In this document: positions 20,238-28,469 of the stretch, piece by piece
Layout: each line of letters begins with the position of its first letter
How positions within the stretch are numbered: position 1 is the stretch's first letter
NCBI GenBank assembly: GCA_051252135.1
Contig: JBPOGH010000008.1
Location: forward strand, 172,372-236,371
Origin: Verrucomicrobiaceae bacterium
GTDB lineage: Bacteria; Verrucomicrobiota; Verrucomicrobiia; Verrucomicrobiales; Akkermansiaceae
DNA length: 64,000 bases
Reading direction: 5' to 3'
Position numbers and translations under genes: made by a program
The notes under the pieces: generated by a model
What the model was told of the DNA's origin: nothing
Seen by the model: the letters and a program-made list of their open reading frames with translations, nothing else
The model's database searches: none

Positions 20238-21236
20238 TTGATGATCGATGAGTGGGCGCCCAAGATATCCGAGGAAATGAAGAAGAGAGGGAAAACGAGG
20301 TTTGTGCGGAGGGATCACTGGGAGGATTTGTTGGCCCGTTATTCCGGGGAGGGTGATGGGTCGGTGTGGGTGGATGAGACCGGGGAGGGGCTGGAGGAGG
20401 TGTTGCGGGAGAAGTGGAAAACGGTGAAGCCGGGTGGGTTTATGGGGGGTCCGAGTTGGGGGTGCGGGCCGCTGGAGGACGGGAGGTTTGTGATGGATTC
20501 GCGGACGGGGGTGGATCGGTTTATGGCGTCGACGCCGGATGCGTCGGAGATGTTTTTGACGGACGAGCATCATCGGGGGTGGATGATTTACAAGGTTGGG
20601 GGGGTGCGGGAGCGGGTGCTTTTGGTATCGGGTTGTGATCGGCGGCAGATGAATTTTTTTGGGAAGCTGACGCAGCGGAATCATGAGTATTATGCGGCGT
20701 ATCAGGGGTATGACACGCGCTGGCATCTTTGGGATGAGGAGACGTGGGGAAGGACGCGGGAGGAGCTGGTGTGGGCGAAGCTGAAGGTGGTGGCGGATGC
20801 GCTGGAGGAGGGGTGCTGGGATCAGGTGTGGTGGGTGGATGCGGATGCGGCCTTTATTAATCGGGAGCGGAGGATTGATCGTTATTTGCATCCGCGGTGT
20901 GACGGGGTGTTTGCGGAGTTTCTGCGGGATGAGCGGGTGATGTACTCGACGGGGATCTTTGGGTGCCGGAGGGGGGCGGGACCGCTACTAAGGGCGGTGT
21001 GGGAGACGGGTGGGGTGTGCGAGGAGGAGGCGGTGACGGCGGCAGCGGTGGCGGATCCGGAGGGGTGGGGGAGGATGTTGTTGGTGAGTCACACGCTTTT
21101 TAACGGGTTCTATGGGTGGAATGTGGATTTCAGTGATCCGCCGTCGACTTTTACCTGTCATTTGGTGAGTCAAACGAATCAGACGAGGCGTTGGGTGTTT
21201 CGGGGGATTAATGAGGCGCTGGGGATTTTTGGTTAG
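20238..21236 (+). CDS. GT34-like (GMA12/MNN10) glycosyltransferase with a methyltransferase-like N-terminus
   Basis: NHEYYAAYQGY, WAKL, WWVDADA (DxD); N-terminal WKTVKPGGFMGG. Confidence 0.7.
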   Translation: MMIDEWAPKISEEMKKRGKTRFVRRDHWEDLLARYSGEGDGSVWVDETGEGLEEVLREKWKTVKPGGFMGGPSWGCGPLEDGRFVMDSRTGVDRFMASTPDASEMFLTDEHHRGWMIYKVGGVRERVLLVSGCDRRQMNFFGKLTQRNHEYYAAYQGYDTRWHLWDEETWGRTREELVWAKLKVVADALEEGCWDQVWWVDADAAFINRERRIDRYLHPRCDGVFAEFLRDERVMYSTGIFGCRRGAGPLLRAVWETGGVCEEEAVTAAAVADPEGWGRMLLVSHTLFNGFYGWNVDFSDPPSTFTCHLVSQTNQTRRWVFRGINEALGIFG

Positions 21237-21239
21237 ATT

Positions 21240-21264
21240 GTCCGCTGTTTTGGAGTCTTCCCAA
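21240..21264 (+). promoter_or_regulatory. Putative ECF promoter motif, copy 2
   Basis: GTCCG-ctgttttggagt-CTTCCCAA. Confidence 0.7.
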
Positions 21265-21269
21265 TAGAG

Positions 21270-21421
21270 AGGGAGAACACTTTGTTTGTTGTCCCGAGAG
21301 ATTCCCTTTTCCGCAGAACAAGCCCCGCAGGCAATCCATGCGGGAAGGGGGAGTGATCGGGGCGATGACAGGGTGTTTGATGAAGAAAAAGCAGCCGGAA
21401 AAAATTCCGGCTGTTTTTTTT
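21270..21421 (+). ncRNA. Candidate small structured RNA
   Basis: Lies between promoter copy 2 and a terminator and contains two further hairpins; inference only. Confidence 0.4.
21392..21421 (+). terminator. Intrinsic terminator
   Basis: CAGCCGGAA-aaaa-TTCCGGCTG-T8. Confidence 0.85.
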
Positions 21422-21446
21422 GTCCGGTGGCGGCGGGGATTCCCAA
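21422..21446 (+). promoter_or_regulatory. Putative ECF promoter motif, copy 3 (upstream of the kinase operon)
   Basis: GTCCG-gtggcggcgggg-ATTCCCAA. Confidence 0.65.
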
Positions 21447-21688
21447 GAAGGTGGTGGAAGGCGATCCTTACCTTCGGCCAATTAGTTGCTTTTGCAGCGG
21501 GGGGTGGGGTCGCCGACCCAAGATGTCCGTGGATCGGGCCACTGGGAATGGGCTGCGCGTTTTCACTCCGCGCGGGACTTATTTCCAGTGGCTTAGGCGG
21601 AAGATGATTTTGGTTGGGACCAATTTGTGGGGATTCCACGCTTTGTCCTGCCTTTTGGGAGAGTACTTGATATATCTGTTAGACGACT

Positions 21689-24082
21689 ATGACGAGATCG
21701 GGAGATTCACATTGTCAATCCTGCGGGGCTCCGTTGGATCCGACGGTGTTGGGCGGGTCGTGTCCGGCGTGTGTGTGGGCGGGGTTGATTGGGGGGGAGG
21801 AGGAGGAACGAAAATCGCTGGAGGATGCGCCGGAGGTGGAGGGGTATGAGATTTTGGAGGAGATTGGTCAGGGTGGGATGGGGGTGGTGTATCGGGCGCG
21901 GCAGGAGACGCCAGCGCGTGAGGTGGCTCTTAAAATGGTGGCGCCTTATTCGCTGCGTGCGGCGCAGGCGAGGGAGCGATTTTTACTGGAGGTGGAGGCG
22001 ATGGCGGCGGTGGAGCATCCGGGGCTGTTGCCGCTGTATGATGCAGGGGAGGATCGGCACGGGCGGCCTTGGTTGACGATGCAGCTGGCGCAGGGTGGGT
22101 CGCTGGCGGACCGGATCACGAGTTACAGCGGGAAGTGGAAGGAGAGTGCGCGGTTGGTGACCAAGCTGTGTGAGGCGATGCACTTTGCGCACGAGCGCGG
22201 GATTTTGCATCGGGATTTGAAGCCGGCGAATATTCTCTTTGATCGTGAGGATCATGTTTACATTGCGGATTTTGGTCTGGCGAAGTGGGCGGAGGGTGAC
22301 AGCGGGTTGACGCATCAGTCGTCGATGTTGGGATCGCCGGCGTATCTGGCACCGGAGGCGGCGCGGGAGGGATCGAAGAGGACGACGACGGTGAGTGATG
22401 TGTATGGATTGGGAGCGGTGCTGTATGAATTGTTGGTGGGGGCGAAGCCGTATGAGGGGAGTCAGCCGGCGGAGGTGCTGACGCAGATTTTGGACGGTTC
22501 GCCGCTGGCACCGAGGAAGCGGTTGAAGAATATTCCGCGTGATTTGGAGGTGATTGTGTTGAAGGCGATGGCGCGGGAGCCGGAGAGGCGGTATCACTCG
22601 GCGGCGGCGTTTGCAGAGGATTTGGGCTTGTGGCTGGAGGGGAAGGCGATCCGGGCGCGGCCGGTGGGGTTGGTGGAGCGGGGAGTGATATGGGTGCGGC
22701 GGAATCCGGCGGTGGCGACCTTGTCGGTGTTGTTTTTGGGGAGTTTGGTGACGGGAGGGGTGTTGCTTTGGAGGTCGAACCAGGAGCTGACGGCATCGCT
22801 GGACGATGTGGAGGGGCGGGTGGAGTTCATGACGCGGGAGCTGCCGGCCTCGCTGGCACCGGTGGGTCGGATGGATGTGTTGGATGAGGTGTTTTTGAAT
22901 GTTTCGGAGTACTTTGAGAAGAGCCGGCGGAAGGATGCGGAGAGTCTGGCGCGGCATGCCGATTTTTTAACGCAATGGGCCCATACGCTGAAGGACCGGG
23001 GTCAGACCGAGACGATGATCGGGCGGCTGGAGCAGGCGGTGGCGAAGGCGGATGAGGCGGTGGCGGCGGGGGAGCCGACGGTGCGGGTGGCGAGGGCACG
23101 GGTAGCGGCGGGTTGGAGGTTGGGGGAGGTGTTGATTTATTCGGGGGTGAACGTGAACGCAGCGGATCCATCGCTTCTGAAGAGGGCGCGGGAGGTGCTG
23201 AATGAGACGGTGGAATTTGCGGAGGAGTTCGAGTTTGATGATTTAAGATATCGGGTGCTGAAGGCGCAGCTGGCATCGGAGCTGACGGTTCTGGAGACCG
23301 AGGCGAGGGAGACGAAAACGGCGGTGGGGTATGGTGAGCGGGCGCGGGTGATGTGGGGTGAACTGCAGCCATTGCTGGAGGCGGACGGGGAATCGAAACA
23401 CGCGCAGTTGGCGCTGATGGCGGCGGCGGATGTGCATTTGTATTTGGGGCAGGCGTATCATTACAACGGTGATGCCAAGGAGGGGGGGGTGTCGTTTGGC
23501 GATTGGATGGAGGCGCGCCGGAAGTTGGCGGAGGGTGATCCGGGGAATCCTGTTCTTCGGAGGAATTATGCGCATGCGCGGCGGCTCTCGATCGAGTGGG
23601 GCGGGGTGGTGGGTGCGGAGGGCGCGCGGGTTTTGGGCGAGGTGGATGAGGAGTATGAATTTTTGATGTCGCGGGATCCGGCGAATGTGGTTTGGCGGAC
23701 CGAGGCGGTGGCGATTGCCCGTCTGTTGGCGGAGAATGCGCGGGGTCAGGGAGATGAGAAGGGTTACCTGAGGTGGATGGAGGTGGTGGCGGAGCGCCTG
23801 TTGCCGTTGTATAAAATGGAGGGAACGACATTTCTGAAGATGCTGACGATCCGGCGGCATGAGGCGGCGCATTGCGGGTTGGCTTTTGAATCGGTTGATT
23901 GGGCGAAGGCGTTTTTGCACTTCGATGCATCGGTGCGGACCCAGGTCAGGATTGCGGGGCTGATGGGGGAGGCGGAGGAGGCGCGATTGGGACGGATGGT
24001 GGGTCGGGTGAAAGTGAAGATCGAGGATCATGAAGGAAGCGAGGCCGCTGAGAAGTGGGCCAAAAAATATCAAACGAACTAG
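21689..24082 (+). CDS. Membrane-anchored Hanks-type Ser/Thr protein kinase
   Basis: CQSC..CPAC N-terminus; GQGGMGVVY, VALK, HRDLKPAN, DFGLA, APE, DVYGLG; TM helix; helical TPR-like C-terminus. Confidence 0.96.
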   Translation: MTRSGDSHCQSCGAPLDPTVLGGSCPACVWAGLIGGEEEERKSLEDAPEVEGYEILEEIGQGGMGVVYRARQETPAREVALKMVAPYSLRAAQARERFLLEVEAMAAVEHPGLLPLYDAGEDRHGRPWLTMQLAQGGSLADRITSYSGKWKESARLVTKLCEAMHFAHERGILHRDLKPANILFDREDHVYIADFGLAKWAEGDSGLTHQSSMLGSPAYLAPEAAREGSKRTTTVSDVYGLGAVLYELLVGAKPYEGSQPAEVLTQILDGSPLAPRKRLKNIPRDLEVIVLKAMAREPERRYHSAAAFAEDLGLWLEGKAIRARPVGLVERGVIWVRRNPAVATLSVLFLGSLVTGGVLLWRSNQELTASLDDVEGRVEFMTRELPASLAPVGRMDVLDEVFLNVSEYFEKSRRKDAESLARHADFLTQWAHTLKDRGQTETMIGRLEQAVAKADEAVAAGEPTVRVARARVAAGWRLGEVLIYSGVNVNAADPSLLKRAREVLNETVEFAEEFEFDDLRYRVLKAQLASELTVLETEARETKTAVGYGERARVMWGELQPLLEADGESKHAQLALMAAADVHLYLGQAYHYNGDAKEGGVSFGDWMEARRKLAEGDPGNPVLRRNYAHARRLSIEWGGVVGAEGARVLGEVDEEYEFLMSRDPANVVWRTEAVAIARLLAENARGQGDEKGYLRWMEVVAERLLPLYKMEGTTFLKMLTIRRHEAAHCGLAFESVDWAKAFLHFDASVRTQVRIAGLMGEAEEARLGRMVGRVKVKIEDHEGSEAAEKWAKKYQTN

Positions 24083-24086
24083 AGCG

Positions 24087-24776
24087 ATGACGAATCCCCC
24101 GAATGAAGAAACACTCCGGCTGGAGGTGCCCCGGCATCTGCAGGATTTTAACGGTTACTGCGGTCCGGCCTGCGCGCTGATGGTGGTGGATGCGACGGGA
24201 AGCGCCAAGGAGCCTCCGGTGCTGGCGCAGAATGATTTTTTTCGGGAGATTCGCGGGTATGCGAAGGAGATGAAGGACCGGAGGGCGGTGAAGTCTCCTG
24301 CGGAGAGTCTTTTAAAATTGGTGAATGATCACACGGCGGGAGAGAAGAAGTGGAAGAAGGTTTTTCTGGCGGAATCGGGGCCGGTGGCGGCGTTGATTTT
24401 TGAGGCGATCGAGAAGGTGGGTCGGCCCTGCATGATGCTGGTGAGCAAGGGGATGCATTGGGTGGTGGCCTTTGGGAGGATGAGGAAGAATGATGGTTCG
24501 GTGGGCGGTTTGTTGCTGCGTGATCCGGCCTGGGCGGGGATGCCGCGCTTTTTTGGGTTGTCGATTTTTCCGGAGAAGCCGGCGATTGAGCACAGTCATT
24601 CGCCCTGCAAATGTCTGGAGGAGAAGAATCCTCCGGGGACGGTTCATGAGCGTTATGTGACGATGGAGGAGCTGCTGAGTCCGCGGGGTTTGCAGGGGTC
24701 GCCGGACTGGGAGGGTCGGGGTGCGATTGCGCTGATTCCGGAAGAACTCGTCGTAGAATCAAGCAATGAACACTGA
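24087..24776 (+). CDS. Papain-like cysteine peptidase (C39-like)
   Basis: LEVPRHLQ..YCGPAC (Gln/Cys), HWVV (His), LRDP (Asp). Confidence 0.8.
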   Translation: MTNPPNEETLRLEVPRHLQDFNGYCGPACALMVVDATGSAKEPPVLAQNDFFREIRGYAKEMKDRRAVKSPAESLLKLVNDHTAGEKKWKKVFLAESGPVAALIFEAIEKVGRPCMMLVSKGMHWVVAFGRMRKNDGSVGGLLLRDPAWAGMPRFFGLSIFPEKPAIEHSHSPCKCLEEKNPPGTVHERYVTMEELLSPRGLQGSPDWEGRGAIALIPEELVVESSNEH

Positions 24777-26277
24777 AGAGATCAAAGCAGCGGCATTGAG
24801 TGAAGTGCGTGATCATGGATTGTATGGTCGTGCGGATTCGCCACGGGAGTGGGAGGAGGCGCTGAATGGGGCAACGGCGGGGGAGCCGGTTTTGGTGAAG
24901 GATCCGGATGATCCGAGGGATGATTTTTATTTGGTGCCATTGAATCCGGCCAACAAGTTGGCGCGGCGCGGGGTGTGGGTGATGCTGGACCCGGAGACAC
25001 TTCAGTTGCGTGAGGCGTCGTTGTTGAACGATTGGAAAGCGGCGGCTTTTCCGGACGAGAAGGATGTCCGGCAGGTGTCTGAGAACTTGATCAAGCTGCC
25101 GGATGGAACGGTGGCGCGATTTGGGGCGGAGCAACTGAAGCCGAACGTGAAGAATTTGGTATGGAAGGCATCGGCTGCGACGATTCTCCCTTATTGGCCG
25201 GTGAAAGAACTTCTGGCTCCGCATCCGGTGACAGGGGTGCAGACGCCGATTTACGTGACGCAGGAGGGTGAGATTTTTACGAGCTTGAGTCCGGATGAAC
25301 CGGAGACGGTGGAGAAGGTCACGACCGAGACCCAGCCGACCGAGAGCAAGGTGCAACCGGGAGCAAAGGGTGGCTCCGGCTTGGTGACGAAGCTACTGGC
25401 GATTGCGACGATTCCCTTGATGGCGGTTGCTGGGTATCAGGAGGTTCAGAAGAACAAGCTGTCCGGAGATCGAGATGGATTGACCGATAAAATTGAACTT
25501 TTGGATGAGAAAATTTCAGCCAGAGACGAGACGATTGGAAATTTGGAGAAAAGAATCAGAGGGCTCATTGAGAAGAACAATGACGAAGAATTGAAGAGGG
25601 TGAGGAACGAATTGGCGAAAACGAAGAAGGATTTGGAAACGACGACCAGTGAGCGGGACGATTGGAAGAAACAGAAGGATGACCTTTTTGAGACTTCGAG
25701 GAAGGTGGAGAAAGATTTGAGAGATCAAATTGCGAACCTTCAGGGTGATCTGGGGAATGCACTCAAGAATGGCAAGGAGTACAAGAGACTCGCGGATGAG
25801 AATGCGAAGTTGTTGGAGGAGAAAGAGAACGAGCTCAAGGAGCTTGGAGGGGATCGGGATCAATGGAAGAAGAAGCATGATGATCTCAAGAAGAACGAAG
25901 GCACCCTGGTAAAGTCACTTGAGGATCAGGTGAGAGGGAAGGATGGAGAAATCCAGAAGTTGAAAGATCAATTGGATCAATGGAAGAGGATGGTGGATGA
26001 CGTGTCGAAGGACCGGGATGTTTGGAAAAAGAGAGCCGAGGACCTGTCGAAGAAGGGGGGAGGCAAGGGGGGAGGCAAGGGGGGAGGATATCAGAACGAT
26101 GTTCTGGTTCCGGATCCCGAACCAATGGATGTCCGGATTGCCGGGTTGATGGAGCAGAGGAGGCTTTTGGTGGAGAAAATGAACAAGAATCCGAAGAGCC
26201 GGGATCAGGTGAAGTGGCGGATCGAACTTGGGCTTCTTGACAGAACGATCAACACCCTGAGGAACACCAAACGATAA
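24766..26277 (+). CDS. Membrane protein with a long coiled coil
   Basis: Globular N-terminus, hydrophobic LLAIATIPLMAVAGY, K/E-rich coil with repeated RDxWKK..DDL. Confidence 0.8.
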   Translation: MNTEEIKAAALSEVRDHGLYGRADSPREWEEALNGATAGEPVLVKDPDDPRDDFYLVPLNPANKLARRGVWVMLDPETLQLREASLLNDWKAAAFPDEKDVRQVSENLIKLPDGTVARFGAEQLKPNVKNLVWKASAATILPYWPVKELLAPHPVTGVQTPIYVTQEGEIFTSLSPDEPETVEKVTTETQPTESKVQPGAKGGSGLVTKLLAIATIPLMAVAGYQEVQKNKLSGDRDGLTDKIELLDEKISARDETIGNLEKRIRGLIEKNNDEELKRVRNELAKTKKDLETTTSERDDWKKQKDDLFETSRKVEKDLRDQIANLQGDLGNALKNGKEYKRLADENAKLLEEKENELKELGGDRDQWKKKHDDLKKNEGTLVKSLEDQVRGKDGEIQKLKDQLDQWKRMVDDVSKDRDVWKKRAEDLSKKGGGKGGGKGGGYQNDVLVPDPEPMDVRIAGLMEQRRLLVEKMNKNPKSRDQVKWRIELGLLDRTINTLRNTKR

Positions 26278-26281
26278 GGGA

Positions 26282-27247
26282 ATGTCGCGCCTGCTTGACC
26301 ATTTTGACCGCGTGGCGGTGATTTCTCTTCCCGGGCGGGAGGAGAGGAGAGAGCGCTTGTGGGGGAATCTGAAGGAGACGGGGTTGGCGCGTGAGGGGGA
26401 GTTGACTTGGGTGGAGGCGGTGGATGGCCGGCTCGAGTTGCCACCGGAGTGGTGGCAGGCGGGGAAGGGGGCGTGGGGGTGTCGGGAGTCCCATCTCAAG
26501 GTGGTGCGGGAGGCGCAGCGGGATGGGCTGGAGAGTGTGCTTATCCTGGAGGATGATGTTGTTTTTCATCGGGAAAGCGGGAGGTTTTTAAGTACGATAG
26601 TTTCCTTACTTCCGGATGATTGGGATTTGTTTTATCTCGGGGGGCAGCATGGGGAGAAGCCGGTGCCGGGGGAGGATCCCCGGTTGGTGAAGGGAAGGAA
26701 GATCACGCGGACGCATGCTTATGCGGTGCATGAGCGGGCTTACGAAAAATTTCTTCAGGAGCTTGGTAGTGAGAAGCACTATCGCGCCGAGCCGGAGTGG
26801 CATGTGGATCATTTGTTGGGGGATCTTCAGGAGAAGGGGGTTTTTGAGGCGTATGCGCCGGCGTGGTGGTTGGCGGGTCAGGAGGGGGGGCGGAGTGATA
26901 TTTCGTGTGCGGACGATCATCGGCGGTGGTGGCAGTTTGGGAGTGATCACTGGAAGTTGCCCTTTGTGAACCCGGGTCCGGAGGTCGAGGGTTCGGTGCA
27001 TCTTTATCGGAGCGAGGAACCGGTGCCGGAGCGGCGGATCGAGCTGGCGATCTGGCTGCGGAAGGCGGCGTGTGATGCGTGGCAGCGGGGGTGTCTCCCG
27101 GCGTGTTCGCTTTCCTCCGAAGTGATTTCCAAATTATGGCCAGCGGGTTGTCGATCAGTCGCTTGTGAGGAGGATCTTGCGGCGCTCGTGAACTATCCGA
27201 TGAACGGTCTTTTTATTCACCCTTTCAACCTAACAAAAAACCAATAA
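26282..27247 (+). CDS. Glycosyltransferase family 25
   Basis: VISL..REERR, EAVDG, GCRESH, LILEDDV, WDLFYLGG, THAYAV. Confidence 0.9.
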   Translation: MSRLLDHFDRVAVISLPGREERRERLWGNLKETGLAREGELTWVEAVDGRLELPPEWWQAGKGAWGCRESHLKVVREAQRDGLESVLILEDDVVFHRESGRFLSTIVSLLPDDWDLFYLGGQHGEKPVPGEDPRLVKGRKITRTHAYAVHERAYEKFLQELGSEKHYRAEPEWHVDHLLGDLQEKGVFEAYAPAWWLAGQEGGRSDISCADDHRRWWQFGSDHWKLPFVNPGPEVEGSVHLYRSEEPVPERRIELAIWLRKAACDAWQRGCLPACSLSSEVISKLWPAGCRSVACEEDLAALVNYPMNGLFIHPFNLTKNQ

Positions 27248-27256
27248 ACTAATATT

Positions 27257-27622
27257 ATGAGTCAGAATCTCTATTCCTTTGTGGGCGCAACAACGGCCCT
27301 TCATTTCTACCTGAATGCCTCTGATGCTGCTGATCAAGACGTGGCTTTGGCTGCGAGTGCGGACCTGGTGTCGGTGAGTGAACAAATCCTGGCGGCGGTG
27401 GCAGGCAATACGGACGAGGAGACTCTCAAGGGTCTGTTGGATGAACATGTGGTGACGGTGCTGGAGTCCGTGGAGGTGATCCGGAATACGTCGGCTTACC
27501 AGGGTCTTGATGCGACTTTGACCGATTTGCTGGATGGCTTTTACAATTTGGCAGATGCGTTGATGGGTGGGGGTGGATGCGATATTCATGCGGGGACGAG
27601 CTGCAGCTGTCTTACGGATTAA
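27257..27622 (+). CDS. Small acidic protein with a Gly4/Cys-rich C-terminal tail
   Basis: 121-aa ORF tightly packed in the operon; ends LMGGGGCDIHAGTSCSCLTD. Confidence 0.75.
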   Translation: MSQNLYSFVGATTALHFYLNASDAADQDVALAASADLVSVSEQILAAVAGNTDEETLKGLLDEHVVTVLESVEVIRNTSAYQGLDATLTDLLDGFYNLADALMGGGGCDIHAGTSCSCLTD

Positions 27623-27625
27623 GTC

Positions 27626-28396
27626 ATGGATTCCGATCGGGTAGCAGGACGTGTGGGGGCGACGAACGCGGCGTTTCCGACGAGTTGTTGGACGGCGGTG
27701 TTGTCGCTTCGGCAGAGTGGGGGCGAGACGGTGCAGCAGGATGCGTTGAACGCGTTGTGCAACAACTACTGGTTCCCGCTTTATGCCTTTGCGCGGCACC
27801 GGGGGATGACGTGTCATGATTCCGAGGATGCGGTGCAGAGCTTTTTCCTGGCGGTTGGTGATGCGGGGTATTTTGAGAAGGCCGAGAAGGATCGGGGGAA
27901 GCTCCGGACCTTTATTTTGACGGGGTTTACGCGGCACTTGAAGGATTTGAAGGTGCGGGCGAATGCGTTGAAGAGAGGTGGGGGGGTGGCTCAAATGTCG
28001 ATCGATACGGATCAGGCGGAGGAGTGGCTTCTTTTGGATCCGAAGAGTGTTGATGAGTCGGCGACCCATCAGTTCGAGCGGCATTGGGCGTGCAATATTA
28101 TCCGGAAGGTGACGGAGGGGCTTCGGGAGCAGGCTTCGAAAAGTCCGGAGTCGGTGCAGCGCTTTGAGGTGCTGAGTCGATTTTTGAATCCGGAAACCTG
28201 TTATGATTATACGGGTCGTCAGGCGGCCGAGGATTTGGGGATGAGCGAGGCGGCGTGTGAGAAGGCGATTCAGCGCTTGCGGAATTCCTTTCGGGTGGCG
28301 GTGCGTGAGCAGGTGGCGGCGACCTTGGATAATCCGACGGAGGAGGCGATCATGGAGGAGATGCTGCAGCTGCAGAAGGCTCTCATTTCGCGGTAA
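27626..28396 (+). CDS. ECF sigma factor (kinase-associated PVC type)
   Basis: FPTSCW, LCNNYWFPLYAF, SEDAVQSFF, RGKLRTF, KRGGG, FERHWA, AAEDLGMSE..IQRLR. Confidence 0.92.
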   Translation: MDSDRVAGRVGATNAAFPTSCWTAVLSLRQSGGETVQQDALNALCNNYWFPLYAFARHRGMTCHDSEDAVQSFFLAVGDAGYFEKAEKDRGKLRTFILTGFTRHLKDLKVRANALKRGGGVAQMSIDTDQAEEWLLLDPKSVDESATHQFERHWACNIIRKVTEGLREQASKSPESVQRFEVLSRFLNPETCYDYTGRQAAEDLGMSEAACEKAIQRLRNSFRVAVREQVAATLDNPTEEAIMEEMLQLQKALISR

Positions 28397-28469
28397 AGTA
28401 AAACACCACGGAGCTGCTTGTTTGATCAAGCGACCCCGTGGTGTGAGATTTTTTTTAGGGGGAGAGGGT

